IMG/VR virus record: IMGVR_UViG_3300023174_000213
Location: 1 to 54,423 of that record
Strand: one strand, 5' to 3'
Source: a virus
Taxonomy: Duplodnaviria > Caudoviricetes
Length of the DNA: 54,423 nucleotides
Shown piece after piece: positions 1 through 8,888 of the stretch. Within the stretch, counting starts at the first letter, position 1. Every line of letters begins with the position of its first letter. A model generated the notes under the pieces. That model did not search any database. It was given only the letters and a program-made list of their open reading frames with translations, and was not told the DNA's origin. A program made the translations under genes and the position numbers.

Positions 1-2
1 TC

Positions 3-1958
3 CACGCTGGCGAGGACCGCTATGGAATCTGGGTTGCTGGAGCACTTCGCCCCGGAGTCCAGCCTGAGCAGATTCGTGCCCTTCGCGCGTCGGCACCTTC
101 GGGTGACTGGCGTCCAATCCGTGGCTCGCTCGAACTCGTTGCTGTCTGTCAGGTCAATGTTCCTGGATTCCCCATTGCACGCGCTCGCGTCGCTTCGGGT
201 CAGGTCATGGCTCTGGTTGCTGCTGGCGCTGCCACTCTAGCTCGTATGAAGTCCAACCCCGTTGACGAACTTCACGAGCGCATTGCACGCATTGAAACAA
301 AGGAGCGCAATGCTCTCACAGCAGCTGCCGAAAAAGCTCGGGTTGACTTTGCCAATAAGAAGATGAAATCCTACGCTCCCAAGATTGATGGACGGTTGGC
401 TGAGATTCTCCAGCAGACCCTCGCTGATGTATCTGTCTTTGCGGCCAAGGTTAAAGGCTACCACTGGAACGTTGAAGGAAATGACTTCCCACAGTTTCAT
501 GCTCTCTTTGATGAAATTTATGAAGATGTCGAAGAATCACTCGATCCACTTGCGGAGAATATTCGAAAGCTTGGATACAAGGCTCCTTATGATCTTGCTA
601 CCTTTGCTAAGATGAGTCAGTTTGGTGAGTCTACCCTTGGTAATGACGCAACGCCTCAAGATATGGTGGCTGATCTTCATGAAGTCAACGAAAGTGTTGT
701 TGGACTTCTCAAAGCCGTCTTTGATGTGGCAAATGAAGTCAATGAGCAGGGTATTACCAACTTCATTGGTGGACGCATTGAAATGCACCAAAAGTGGGCA
801 TGGCAGTTGCGTGTATCCCTTGCTAACTACGAAAAGCATGAGTACGAAGAGGAGCGTTCTGAAAAGACCGAAGAGCCTTACGAGATGGAAGAAGAGAACT
901 ATGACATGTTCTATGCTTCTCTCTCTAAGCAGGGTATCCTCGAGGCCGGCCTGACGGCTAGCGCGGGCGACATTGTCCAGCGCGTTCGCGAACTCTCGGC
1001 TATTACAGAGTTTGCCAAGTTTACCTCAAAAGAGCGCGAGACTCTTGCTGACAAGGGTCAAGCTCTCCCAGATGGCTCATATCCAATCCGTAATGCCTCA
1101 GACCTGAAGAACGCCATTCAAGCATATGGTCGCGCCAAGAAGTCTGATCGTGCAAAAGTTCGTAAGCATATTACAAAACGTGCGCGGGCTCTCGGTGAAT
1201 CAAAAATGATTCCTGAGAACTGGAAGACTGCAGCCTCGGACTCGATTACTGCAAGCCTCGACTCAATGCGTAACCGCGCCACGCTCTTGGCCGCTGGTGC
1301 AGATTCAGTAATTGAAGCTGTTCGACAGATTCGTGCCGGAAACATTCCTGACCTGACTAATGTCGACGCTAAGCAGTTGGAGATTCTCCTCCCTGGTGTC
1401 AACCTTCAAGACATCCTTGACGCAAAAGAGGGAAAGAACGATGGCCGTGTTAAGTACACGCCCAAGACTCAGCCTCGCGACGCGCAAGGTCGATTCCGTC
1501 AGGTACTTGCTCGTCTGAAGCAGGACCTTGGAGACTCAGGTAGTCAAGATGTTCTTCAAAAAATTAAAGAAATTGAGAACCTTGACAATACTGGAAACTA
1601 CTTAGGTTCAGTTATGGCCTCAAAGGACCTCATTGACATCATTGATCGTCTTGATGCTGGCGCACTAAACGCCGACTCCCTTGAAAATGTTCGCTCTTCT
1701 ACAACAGAACTTGGAAAAGCGATTGCAAATCTTCCTCTCCCATTTGATAACCAAGCGCAGAAAGTTCGCTACAGCGATCTTCCCCCTACGCTGAAGAAGT
1801 TGATGGACGACATGGTAACCCGTGTCGAAGATAAAATTGGGAAAGAGGACGCCGATATTGCTACCCGGGAACTGAAAGGTTTCCAAGCAGGATCGGATGT
1901 ATACAGTCAAGCAGATATTTCATCGCAGATGAATCGTTTGCTTCGATTGCTAACTTAA
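3..1958 (+). CDS. Capsid maturation protease polyprotein (5'-truncated by window) with embedded Dps/ferritin domain and further C-terminal domains
   Basis: The 207..1958 frame is open back to nt 3: HAGEDRYGIWVAGALRPG...LRASAPSGDWRPIRGSLELVAVCQVNVPGFP. I recognise this motif string from cluster-B-like actinophage prohead proteases, and it lies directly upstream of the capsid gene. Dps motifs GYHWNVEG..FHALFDEIYE..DPLAENIR..HQKWAWQLR at ~387-825; ALPDGSYPI..IPENW domain ~1016-1223; QPRDAQGRF ~1470-1496. Confidence 0.8.
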   Translation, partial: HAGEDRYGIWVAGALRPGVQPEQIRALRASAPSGDWRPIRGSLELVAVCQVNVPGFPIARARVASGQVMALVAAGAATLARMKSNPVDELHERIARIETKERNALTAAAEKARVDFANKKMKSYAPKIDGRLAEILQQTLADVSVFAAKVKGYHWNVEGNDFPQFHALFDEIYEDVEESLDPLAENIRKLGYKAPYDLATFAKMSQFGESTLGNDATPQDMVADLHEVNESVVGLLKAVFDVANEVNEQGITNFIGGRIEMHQKWAWQLRVSLANYEKHEYEEERSEKTEEPYEMEEENYDMFYASLSKQGILEAGLTASAGDIVQRVRELSAITEFAKFTSKERETLADKGQALPDGSYPIRNASDLKNAIQAYGRAKKSDRAKVRKHITKRARALGESKMIPENWKTAASDSITASLDSMRNRATLLAAGADSVIEAVRQIRAGNIPDLTNVDAKQLEILLPGVNLQDILDAKEGKNDGRVKYTPKTQPRDAQGRFRQVLARLKQDLGDSGSQDVLQKIKEIENLDNTGNYLGSVMASKDLIDIIDRLDAGALNADSLENVRSSTTELGKAIANLPLPFDNQAQKVRYSDLPPTLKKLMDDMVTRVEDKIGKEDADIATRELKGFQAGSDVYSQADISSQMNRLLRLLT

Positions 1959-1966
1959 TAATAAGT

Positions 1967-2078
1967 TACAATTAGTAAGAAGGGTGTAGCGCCTGCATCG
2001 ATGATGATAGTCCCTACGCCTCAGACTATATCCCCCAGGTAGACATCCCGTCTGCCGACTGACCTAAGGAGAGGTACA
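1967..2078 (+). promoter_or_regulatory. Putative -10 (TACAAT) and ~100-nt structured leader of the major capsid gene
   Basis: TACAAT 1967-1972; pairings 1983-1989/2014-2020, 2007-2012/2024-2029 and 2038-2044/2050-2056; SD AAGGAGAGG 2066-2074 before GTG 2079. Confidence 0.45.
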
Positions 2079-4082
2079 GTGGATTCTTTTAAGAACCAAC
2101 TGGACCGACTGTCCGAACTGAGTGACGAGCAAGTCTCGGAGCTTCAGGCGGGCATCATCACCGAGTTTGAGTCTATCGACGAGAACGGCGATCTCACACC
2201 TGAGTCAGTGGATGCCATGACAACTCTAGCGGACATGCTAGAGACCGTCCGTGGTGAGGTACAGCGCCGTGAGGCGCAGGCTGAGGAACTTGTTTCCATG
2301 GCCGCCGAAGCCACTAATCGAGTATATGGTGATGGAGAATCTGAAGAGATGATCCCCGCCGAGGAAGAAGAGGAAGCCCCAATGGCTACTGAACCAGAAA
2401 TGGTAGAAGAGACCGAAGAGCCCACCGCTCCAACTGAGGAAGAGATCGTTGTAGAAGAAGAAGCTCCAATGACCATGCCCGAAGAGGACAAGAAAGACAA
2501 AATGTCTGAGGCATCGACTGTCTCCGATGAGAATGCCGAATTCTCGACGGATGAAGAACCCGAAGTTGTTGAAGAAGTACTGGATGGATCGGCTGATGTC
2601 GATGCTCCTGTTGCTGAATTCTCAACTGATGAGGAAGTCGTCCCTGCTGAAACAGCAGAACCCGCCCCTGTCGAAGAAGCACCTGTCGTCGAAGAAGCCG
2701 TTGTGGCTTCTGTCGAAGGTGCGGAAGAGGCTGAGGCACCAACCGAAGAAATCACCGACATTGCGCCTGAGGCGCAGGAAGAGGCACCCGTGACCGCCGC
2801 AGCAGAAGGAGCTTTCGAAGCTCCAGCAGACCGCCGTCCAGTTGCTCAGGCTGCACCCGCAGCACCCGTTGCTATCACAGCGGGCGCGGACATCCCTGGC
2901 TACACGGCTGGAAGCACCCTTACAGACATGTCGGAGGTGGCACAGGCTTTTGAAAAGCGCCTGCACACCCTCCGTCGCGTCAATGGTGGAGATGGAGAAC
3001 AGCACATTGTTGCATCCCTCTCGACCCAGTACCCCGACTCTCGCGTTTTGAGCTCGGACCCCGAAGAGAACCGCGCAAAGATCCAAGCAGTTGTTGGCCC
3101 AGAAGCTCTTATCGCTTCCGGTGGATTTGCAACGCCTCTCGAGGTAAAGTACGACGTCTTTGGACTTGGAACGAACATGCGTCCTGTCCGCGACTCACTT
3201 CCCCGTTTCCAGGCAGACCGTGGCGGAGTTCGCTACGTTACTCCTCCAGTACTCTCGTCCTACGAGAACGCTGTTGGTGTATGGACCGCTGCTAACGACT
3301 CAGCAACAACTCCTTCGCCTGCGTCGAAGTTGTCGTTGACCGTTACTGCTGCTGCTGAGCTTACAGCCGTCACCGACGCTGTTACTCTGCAGATGCAGTT
3401 TGGTAACTTGTTTACCCGTGCATACCCCGAGCTTCTCGCTCGCCACAACGAGCTTGGCTTGATCCAGCACGCTCGTGAGGCAGAGGCAAACTTGCTCTCG
3501 CGTATCTCGACTGGCTCGACGGCAGTCACAACCACAAGCCTCATTGGCTTTGGTCGCGACTTCCTCGTTCAGATCCGTCGTGCGGCCGCAGCTTACCGCT
3601 CGCGTCACCGTATCGAGAACAGCACCCAGCTTCGCGCCATCATCCCTGACTGGGTATATGACGCAATCGCAGCAGACCTCACGCTGTCGATGCCTGGTGA
3701 CGGTACGATCTCGATCTCGATGTCAGAAATCAACGGATACCTTGCCACCTCGAACGTGACGCTTGTTGCTTCGATGGACGCGTCGGTCTTCGGCTCGCAG
3801 AGTGCAGCAGCACTCCTCGAGTTCCCTGACTCGTTCGTTTGGTACCTGTTTGCTGAAGGAACCTTCGTCTTCCTTGACGGTGGAACCCTCGACCTCGGTA
3901 TCATCCGTGACTCGACCCTCGTCGGAACCAACGACTACAAGATGTTCGTTGAAACCTTCGAAGGCGTCGCAAAGGTTGGTGTCGAGTCTCTCGCCATCAC
4001 CTCGACAATCAACGTCAACGGTACCGCCGCAGCACTCCGCGACACCACTGGTGGCACGGCTGCAGCAACCATCGAGTACTAA
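2079..4082 (+). CDS. Major capsid protein with long acidic N-terminal scaffold-like region (cluster-B-like 'hexamer' type)
   Basis: 667 aa, strong SD. N-terminal helical plus E/P/A-rich region, then ITAGADIPG, LIASGG, LPRFQADRGG, FLDGGTLDLGIIRDSTL..NDY motifs; follows the protease. Confidence 0.85.
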   Translation: MDSFKNQLDRLSELSDEQVSELQAGIITEFESIDENGDLTPESVDAMTTLADMLETVRGEVQRREAQAEELVSMAAEATNRVYGDGESEEMIPAEEEEEAPMATEPEMVEETEEPTAPTEEEIVVEEEAPMTMPEEDKKDKMSEASTVSDENAEFSTDEEPEVVEEVLDGSADVDAPVAEFSTDEEVVPAETAEPAPVEEAPVVEEAVVASVEGAEEAEAPTEEITDIAPEAQEEAPVTAAAEGAFEAPADRRPVAQAAPAAPVAITAGADIPGYTAGSTLTDMSEVAQAFEKRLHTLRRVNGGDGEQHIVASLSTQYPDSRVLSSDPEENRAKIQAVVGPEALIASGGFATPLEVKYDVFGLGTNMRPVRDSLPRFQADRGGVRYVTPPVLSSYENAVGVWTAANDSATTPSPASKLSLTVTAAAELTAVTDAVTLQMQFGNLFTRAYPELLARHNELGLIQHAREAEANLLSRISTGSTAVTTTSLIGFGRDFLVQIRRAAAAYRSRHRIENSTQLRAIIPDWVYDAIAADLTLSMPGDGTISISMSEINGYLATSNVTLVASMDASVFGSQSAAALLEFPDSFVWYLFAEGTFVFLDGGTLDLGIIRDSTLVGTNDYKMFVETFEGVAKVGVESLAITSTINVNGTAAALRDTTGGTAAATIEY

Positions 4083-4109
4083 TCCTCGATAGGTAACCAC
4101 CCCGTGGTT

Positions 4110-4139
4110 GTTCCCCAGGGGCTTCGGCCCCTGGGGGAC
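4110..4139 (+). terminator. 13-bp GC-rich hairpin with C-UUCG-G loop after the capsid gene (terminator/stabiliser, no U-tract)
   Basis: GTTCCCCAGGGGC-TTCG-GCCCCTGGGGGAC; small hairpin AACCAC/GTGGTT just upstream (4095-4109). Confidence 0.6.
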
Positions 4140-4175
4140 TCCCCACACAAGATCAGACCTTAAGGAAAGAACCAA

Positions 4176-5075
4176 ATGGCATTCAATGGAGTCCACCCGG
4201 CACTTCCCCTCGAGCCGACTCAGTTCGGACTCTTCGCTGCGGTTCCCCCAATCACCCACGCTTCGCGCGACTACGACGAGCGCTGGGAACGCGGATACGC
4301 ACAAATGCTTGAATCTTCTCCCTATGCACTTCGCAACTGGGATATCACTAGTAACACTAGCAACGTCATCCACGGCCCTGACTCGGGTGCCCGCAGGGCA
4401 GATCGATTTATTGCTCAAATTCGTCCCTTCTTTGTTGAAGTAGAAGACGACGCTTCTACTCTTGGTCTTGTTGCCGAAGATCGCTTTGCGCGTGTTCTTC
4501 GACAGGTCGAAGCTGCATCGCAGAAAGCCGTTGAAAAGGAGCTTTGGGACGGCGCTATTGCCCAGGGAGAAACCCTCGCCAATCCATACCTGACCAAGGC
4601 CTCGACCGTCACTACTCTCAACTCTGGGACTGCCCTCTCTGCCAAGCGTGCTCTTGCCCTGCTTGAGCAGTACATTGGCACCACATCGCCTTTCGGCGAG
4701 CAAGGGTTTATTCACATGACTCGCGATGTTGCAGCCATACTTAGCTCTAACAGCCAAATGCTGTTCCACGAAAAAGGAAAAGACCACCACCAGACAATGG
4801 GTGGAACTCCAGTCATTATTGGCTCAGGGTACTCCGGCGCTGGACCCGTTGGCGCAACAGGAGCTTCGGCTACCGATACCAACAAATGGATGTACGCCAC
4901 AGGCACACTCCGAGTTCACCTCGGGAAGCCTGAGGTCGTCAACGACACACTGGCCCAGGGCTATGCCGTGTCGGGAAATGCAAATGACATGAAGATCAAG
5001 GCTTACCGATCTGCATCGGTCTTCTTTGACACTTCGATCCACCTCGCTGTTCGAGTTGATCTGACAGCGGCCTAA
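4176..5075 (+). CDS. Second capsid-fold protein (putative 'major capsid pentamer'/minor capsid protein)
   Basis: 299 aa, SD AAGGA. Position between major capsid and tail tube matches the two-capsid-gene layout of cluster-B-like actinophages. Confidence 0.55.
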   Translation: MAFNGVHPALPLEPTQFGLFAAVPPITHASRDYDERWERGYAQMLESSPYALRNWDITSNTSNVIHGPDSGARRADRFIAQIRPFFVEVEDDASTLGLVAEDRFARVLRQVEAASQKAVEKELWDGAIAQGETLANPYLTKASTVTTLNSGTALSAKRALALLEQYIGTTSPFGEQGFIHMTRDVAAILSSNSQMLFHEKGKDHHQTMGGTPVIIGSGYSGAGPVGATGASATDTNKWMYATGTLRVHLGKPEVVNDTLAQGYAVSGNANDMKIKAYRSASVFFDTSIHLAVRVDLTAA

Positions 5076-5102
5076 CCTACAACAAATAAGGAGAATAGCT
5101 AC

Positions 5103-6128
5103 ATGGCTACTCAAGACTACGCCGCCAGCATTCAAGGTGTTGCCATTCGTGTTACCCGACTCGATGCCAGCGGCAACCTTCTGAACGGTGCTGGTGACTC
5201 ATACACCACATCCGCGTTCATGCGCGTATCGTTCACCCCCGAGTATGAAGAAGGTGACGAATTCACGGAAAAGAGCGCTAACGGTGCTGTCTGCGTGACA
5301 TACAAGTCCCCCGACACACTCAAGCGCATCACAATGGAACTCGCTATCTGCGAGCCAGACCCTGAACTCTCGGCCCTCATCTCCGGTGGACTCTTGCTCC
5401 GCAAGAACACTGGATCGGCAGTACAGTCGGTTGGTTGGGCTGCTCCTGGCGTTGGAGATGACCCTGCCGGTAACGGTGTCTCCATCGAAGCTTGGTCCAT
5501 CGCCGTCAAGGACGGACGTAAGGCTGCTTCGTACCCCTACTTCCACTGGGTTTTCCCATTCGCCAAGCTCCGCCAGTCGGGTGACCGCGTTATCGAGAAC
5601 GGAATGCTCGCAACGACATTTGAAGGTTACGGCCTTGGAAACATTGCGTTCGACTTTGGACCCGACAACCGCTGGGATTTCCCACAGGCTTCGGACCGCC
5701 CCTACTCGTACGCACGTTCGACATGGGCTCCAACTGGACTCAAGGGCTTCTACACGTGGGGTGCTACTGACAACATCACAAACGTTGTTGCTTCTGGGGG
5801 TACTGTCACCATTACGACAGACGCAGCACACGGCTACCGCGTTGGTGACGAAGTTACTGTTGCAGCTGTTACGGCTACAACCTTAAACGGAACCTTCCTC
5901 GTCACGGCTGTCCCAACTACAACCACGTTCCGATATGCCAAGGCGGGTACTGTCGCCTCGGCGGTCGATACTGGAACCGTCACAAACTACGGAACCTACG
6001 ACGAAGTGGCTACAGGATCTCTTGACAGCGACATCGCTATCAACGTTCCTGGAAACGTCAACTACAACGCTGACAACGCCATCGACAACGTAGTAGTCGC
6101 GCAGACAGGCCCAACTGGAGCGCCCTAA
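5103..6128 (+). CDS. Major tail (tube) protein with one inserted small beta-barrel domain
   Basis: SD AAGGAG; RVTRLD..G, EYEEGDEFTEKSANG..C, YFHWVFP motifs; intact barrel TVTITTDAAHGYRVGDEVTV...LNGTFLVTAVPTTTTFRY at ~5770-5990. Confidence 0.8.
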   Translation: MATQDYAASIQGVAIRVTRLDASGNLLNGAGDSYTTSAFMRVSFTPEYEEGDEFTEKSANGAVCVTYKSPDTLKRITMELAICEPDPELSALISGGLLLRKNTGSAVQSVGWAAPGVGDDPAGNGVSIEAWSIAVKDGRKAASYPYFHWVFPFAKLRQSGDRVIENGMLATTFEGYGLGNIAFDFGPDNRWDFPQASDRPYSYARSTWAPTGLKGFYTWGATDNITNVVASGGTVTITTDAAHGYRVGDEVTVAAVTATTLNGTFLVTAVPTTTTFRYAKAGTVASAVDTGTVTNYGTYDEVATGSLDSDIAINVPGNVNYNADNAIDNVVVAQTGPTGAP

Positions 6129-6147
6129 CCAATAGTTAACTAGGTGG

Positions 6148-6182
6148 ATGGGTGGCACGTCTCACGGTGTGCCACCCATTTA
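6148..6182 (+). terminator. Rho-independent terminator after tail tube gene
   Basis: ATGGGTGGCAC (6148-6158) pairs with GTGCCACCCAT (6169-6179), followed by a short T run. Confidence 0.65.
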
Positions 6183-6205
6183 CCATAAAGGATTAGGAAT
6201 AAAAC

Positions 6206-7261
6206 ATGGCTGGACTTTGGATCACAGTCGACGAACTCGACCCTCAGTTCCAAGAAAACGAATACGCTCAGGATGCGGTGAAGACTGCGTCCTACTTGAT
6301 GTGGTCGATGTCGGGTCGTAAGTACGTCGGAACACAGACAATCACCGAGCGCTACGTCCGATTTGCCCCACTCCTCAACATGCACCTACTTCAAGAGGCC
6401 GCTCTCGTCAATGCCATTGTTACTAAAACAACGGAGATGATTGAGCCGTGGGTCTCGGCTGAAACCCGTATCCGACTTCGCAGTCAGCCCGTTCAATCTA
6501 TTCAGACTGTTCGTAGCACAAAGGGTGAGGTTTACTCCCCAGATAAGTACTACGTTGTCGATCGATCGACAATCCAGTTCTCCGAGGGCGCTCTTATTGT
6601 CCCCGCTGACATCGAAGTCACCTACACCTACGGCATGAACCCACCCACCATGGGAAAGGTTGCGGCCAAGCGTCTTGCTCAGGAGTTCATCCGACTGTGG
6701 ACAGGTGACGATGACTGCGCTCTTCCTCGTCGTGTAACTTCCGTTTCGCGTCAAGGAGTGAACTACACCATCCTTGATCAGCAGGACTTTATCGCTGAAC
6801 TCCGTACAGGTATCTACGAAATCGACCTGTTTCTCAAAACTAACAACCCAGACGGAGCAAAGAAGCGTGCTCGCGTCTTTACTCCTGACATCCCTCGTGC
6901 GCGCAAGTACACACGCAAGACACGAAAGCTTGTTGCGAGTGCCCGGGACATCATTGTTCCCGCTGGCGAATCCAAAACCATTACCGTAACGCTTGCCTCC
7001 ATCAATGCTGCGTTCTTATACTCGCAGGCAGGTTGGACTCCTGAAGTAGTTCTACGCAGTTATGACGGGACGTACTCTAAGACTGTATCGGGCGCGTCCT
7101 ACATCACGGTTACTTCAACAAATATTTCTATCACCATCCCCTATGCTGATGCTTTTTCTGTACTTCGCATGATTGATCCTGGGACATGGGATCTGTATGG
7201 AGTACGAAACGGCGCAAGCACCTATATTACATCTGGTAACCTAGATGTAGACCTCACATAA
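6206..7261 (+). CDS. Head-to-tail adaptor with C-terminal beta-rich extension
   Basis: 351 aa; ASYLMWSMSGR, VTYTYG..PP, CALPRRVTSVSRQGV, TGIYEIDLFL motifs; position in the neck block. Confidence 0.7.
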   Translation: MAGLWITVDELDPQFQENEYAQDAVKTASYLMWSMSGRKYVGTQTITERYVRFAPLLNMHLLQEAALVNAIVTKTTEMIEPWVSAETRIRLRSQPVQSIQTVRSTKGEVYSPDKYYVVDRSTIQFSEGALIVPADIEVTYTYGMNPPTMGKVAAKRLAQEFIRLWTGDDDCALPRRVTSVSRQGVNYTILDQQDFIAELRTGIYEIDLFLKTNNPDGAKKRARVFTPDIPRARKYTRKTRKLVASARDIIVPAGESKTITVTLASINAAFLYSQAGWTPEVVLRSYDGTYSKTVSGASYITVTSTNISITIPYADAFSVLRMIDPGTWDLYGVRNGASTYITSGNLDVDLT

Positions 7262-7278
7262 ACAAGGAGAACGACCCC

Positions 7279-7428
7279 ATGACCGTTATGACCAACTTCC
7301 GCGCACAAGATATGCCCGGAAACAAAAAGACCGCTGTTACTGTCCCTGTGGCAAAAAAGGTTGAAGCCCCTGCCCCCGTTGTTGTCGAAACCCCTGTTGA
7401 AGAGGTAGAAGAGGCTTCTGCGGAGTAA
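7279..7428 (+). CDS. Small 49-aa protein missing from ORF track (MTVMTNFRAQDMPGNKK...EEASAE)
   Basis: SD AAGGAG 7264-7269, ATG 7279, TAA 7426-7428; fills the gap between neck genes. Confidence 0.7.
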   Translation: MTVMTNFRAQDMPGNKKTAVTVPVAKKVEAPAPVVVETPVEEVEEASAE

Positions 7429-7431
7429 TCC

Positions 7432-7950
7432 ATGCCATCTATTCAGGTAGCAAACTATGACATTGACGCGGAAGCGCTCAATCTTCGTAATCTACTCGCT
7501 GGCGTTCTTGAACGTGTAGAGAATGTGTTTACGTCGTTTGGCGTGCCCCTGCCATCTCGTCGTTACTACACAATCGGTCAACCAGTTATTGACTGTGAGC
7601 AATTGACTGTTTCATTTATACAGGGGTATCTAGGCCCTCCTGGGGATCAGGCCTCTGGCCCGCAACGATGCAATATGCCTCGTACTGCGGTAATGAGTGT
7701 TGACATTTCTCGACCTATCCCCGTCATTGGACAGAATGGTGGAACGCCATCTGCCGAACTAATTCAGAGCGCTTCCGATATTGCCCTTGTAGACTCGTGG
7801 GTTCTTTTACAATCACTAAACCAGTTTGATTACTGGGATGAAGACCTTGGATCCCTATCGGGTCCCGGCGTTATTGCTACTGTCGAAATCGGGGCAGTTC
7901 AGGGTGGGTATATTGTTACCACTCTTAGCCTCACGATGGCCATTCCCTAA
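7432..7950 (+). CDS. Virion neck/tail-completion protein (putative tail terminator)
   Basis: 172 aa in the neck block; TAATG coupling to the next gene. Confidence 0.45.
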   Translation: MPSIQVANYDIDAEALNLRNLLAGVLERVENVFTSFGVPLPSRRYYTIGQPVIDCEQLTVSFIQGYLGPPGDQASGPQRCNMPRTAVMSVDISRPIPVIGQNGGTPSAELIQSASDIALVDSWVLLQSLNQFDYWDEDLGSLSGPGVIATVEIGAVQGGYIVTTLSLTMAIP

Positions 7951-8480
7951 TGACGTACGGTCTTCCCGATAGTCTACTGTACGGAACGTACAAGCGGATT
8001 AGAGGGGCAACACACCGTAGTCGTCCGAGTGGGGGCTCTTTTTCAGTACCTCAATTTAGCTACACATTTAGCGGTCTGATTCTTTACCCAGATATTCTAG
8101 ATGAAGTAGTTAACGGTCCAACTGGTCCTGTTGCTACCTATATGAACCGTATTGCTAATCGACTTGCTGATGCTGCGCGGTTAAAAGTTGGAGTTAGAAC
8201 TGGACATCTGAGAAACTCCATCAAGTGGTCGGCTAATCGATTTGCTGGGGGCCAAGAGCGCATTGTTGGTGCGTACACATCGTATGCGTATGACCACCAC
8301 GAGGGAACACCGCCACACGTTATTCAGGCAGATCAAGATGAAGTCTTGAAGTTCTCTTCCAAGGGTCGAACTGTCTACTCTAAACAAATCTTTCACCCTG
8401 GTACTGCGCCCAACCCGTACCTCACTTACCGTCTGGAAGAGATTATCCGCAGTGACCGTGGAGTATTTACACCTCGATAG
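7950..8480 (+). CDS. HK97 gp10-like neck protein
   Basis: VRTGHLRNSI, YAYDHHEGT.PH.I, HPGT.PNPYL motifs. Confidence 0.6.
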   Translation: MTYGLPDSLLYGTYKRIRGATHRSRPSGGSFSVPQFSYTFSGLILYPDILDEVVNGPTGPVATYMNRIANRLADAARLKVGVRTGHLRNSIKWSANRFAGGQERIVGAYTSYAYDHHEGTPPHVIQADQDEVLKFSSKGRTVYSKQIFHPGTAPNPYLTYRLEEIIRSDRGVFTPR

Positions 8481-8493
8481 TTATGTTCTGCGG

Positions 8494-8521
8494 TATAATT
8501 ATCTTAGGCATGTACGCCTAA
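8494..8521 (+). promoter_or_regulatory. Consensus -10 TATAAT with downstream inverted repeat TTAGGC-N6-GCCTAA
   Basis: TATAAT 8494-8499 in the intergenic gap; inverted repeat 8504-8521. Confidence 0.45.
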
Positions 8522-8552
8522 AACGACATAACTAAGAATAGAGGTACTACTC

Positions 8553-8888
8553 ATGTCAAAGTTTAAAGACTTTGGTGAAGGCAAGCGTAATGCTGCCTCC
8601 GAAAAAATTTCTTTCAAGATCCACGGTGAAGAGTTTTTCTGCGTTGAGGAAATGCAGGGACTTGTCATTCTTGAACTGGTTGCTGCTAGCTCAAGCGATG
8701 ACTCTGGTGACTCGGTCCGTTCAATTACACAATTCTTCTCTGCAGCTCTTGAAGAGGAAAGCTACAAGCGATTCCAGGCTCTTGTCAAGGACAAGAAAAG
8801 AATTGTCAGTGCTGAAACACTGGGTGAAATCGTAGGCTGGGTCATGTCCCAGTACGGTGACCGCCCGGAATCGCAATCCGAGGTCTAA
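8553..8888 (+). CDS. Tail assembly chaperone
   Basis: 111 aa, SD GAGG, two ORFs upstream of tape measure; ends ...YGDRPESQSEV. Confidence 0.75.
   Translation: MSKFKDFGEGKRNAASEKISFKIHGEEFFCVEEMQGLVILELVAASSSDDSGDSVRSITQFFSAALEEESYKRFQALVKDKKRIVSAETLGEIVGWVMSQYGDRPESQSEV

Noticed and set aside
207-1958. Stand-alone host dps gene starting at 207
   Set aside because: The frame is open to the window edge with protease motifs and continues ~375 aa beyond the Dps domain
2144-5831. Long antisense ORFs (e.g. 2144..2761, 3723..4790, 5199..5831)
   Set aside because: Shadows of strongly biased sense genes, with no motifs or start signals
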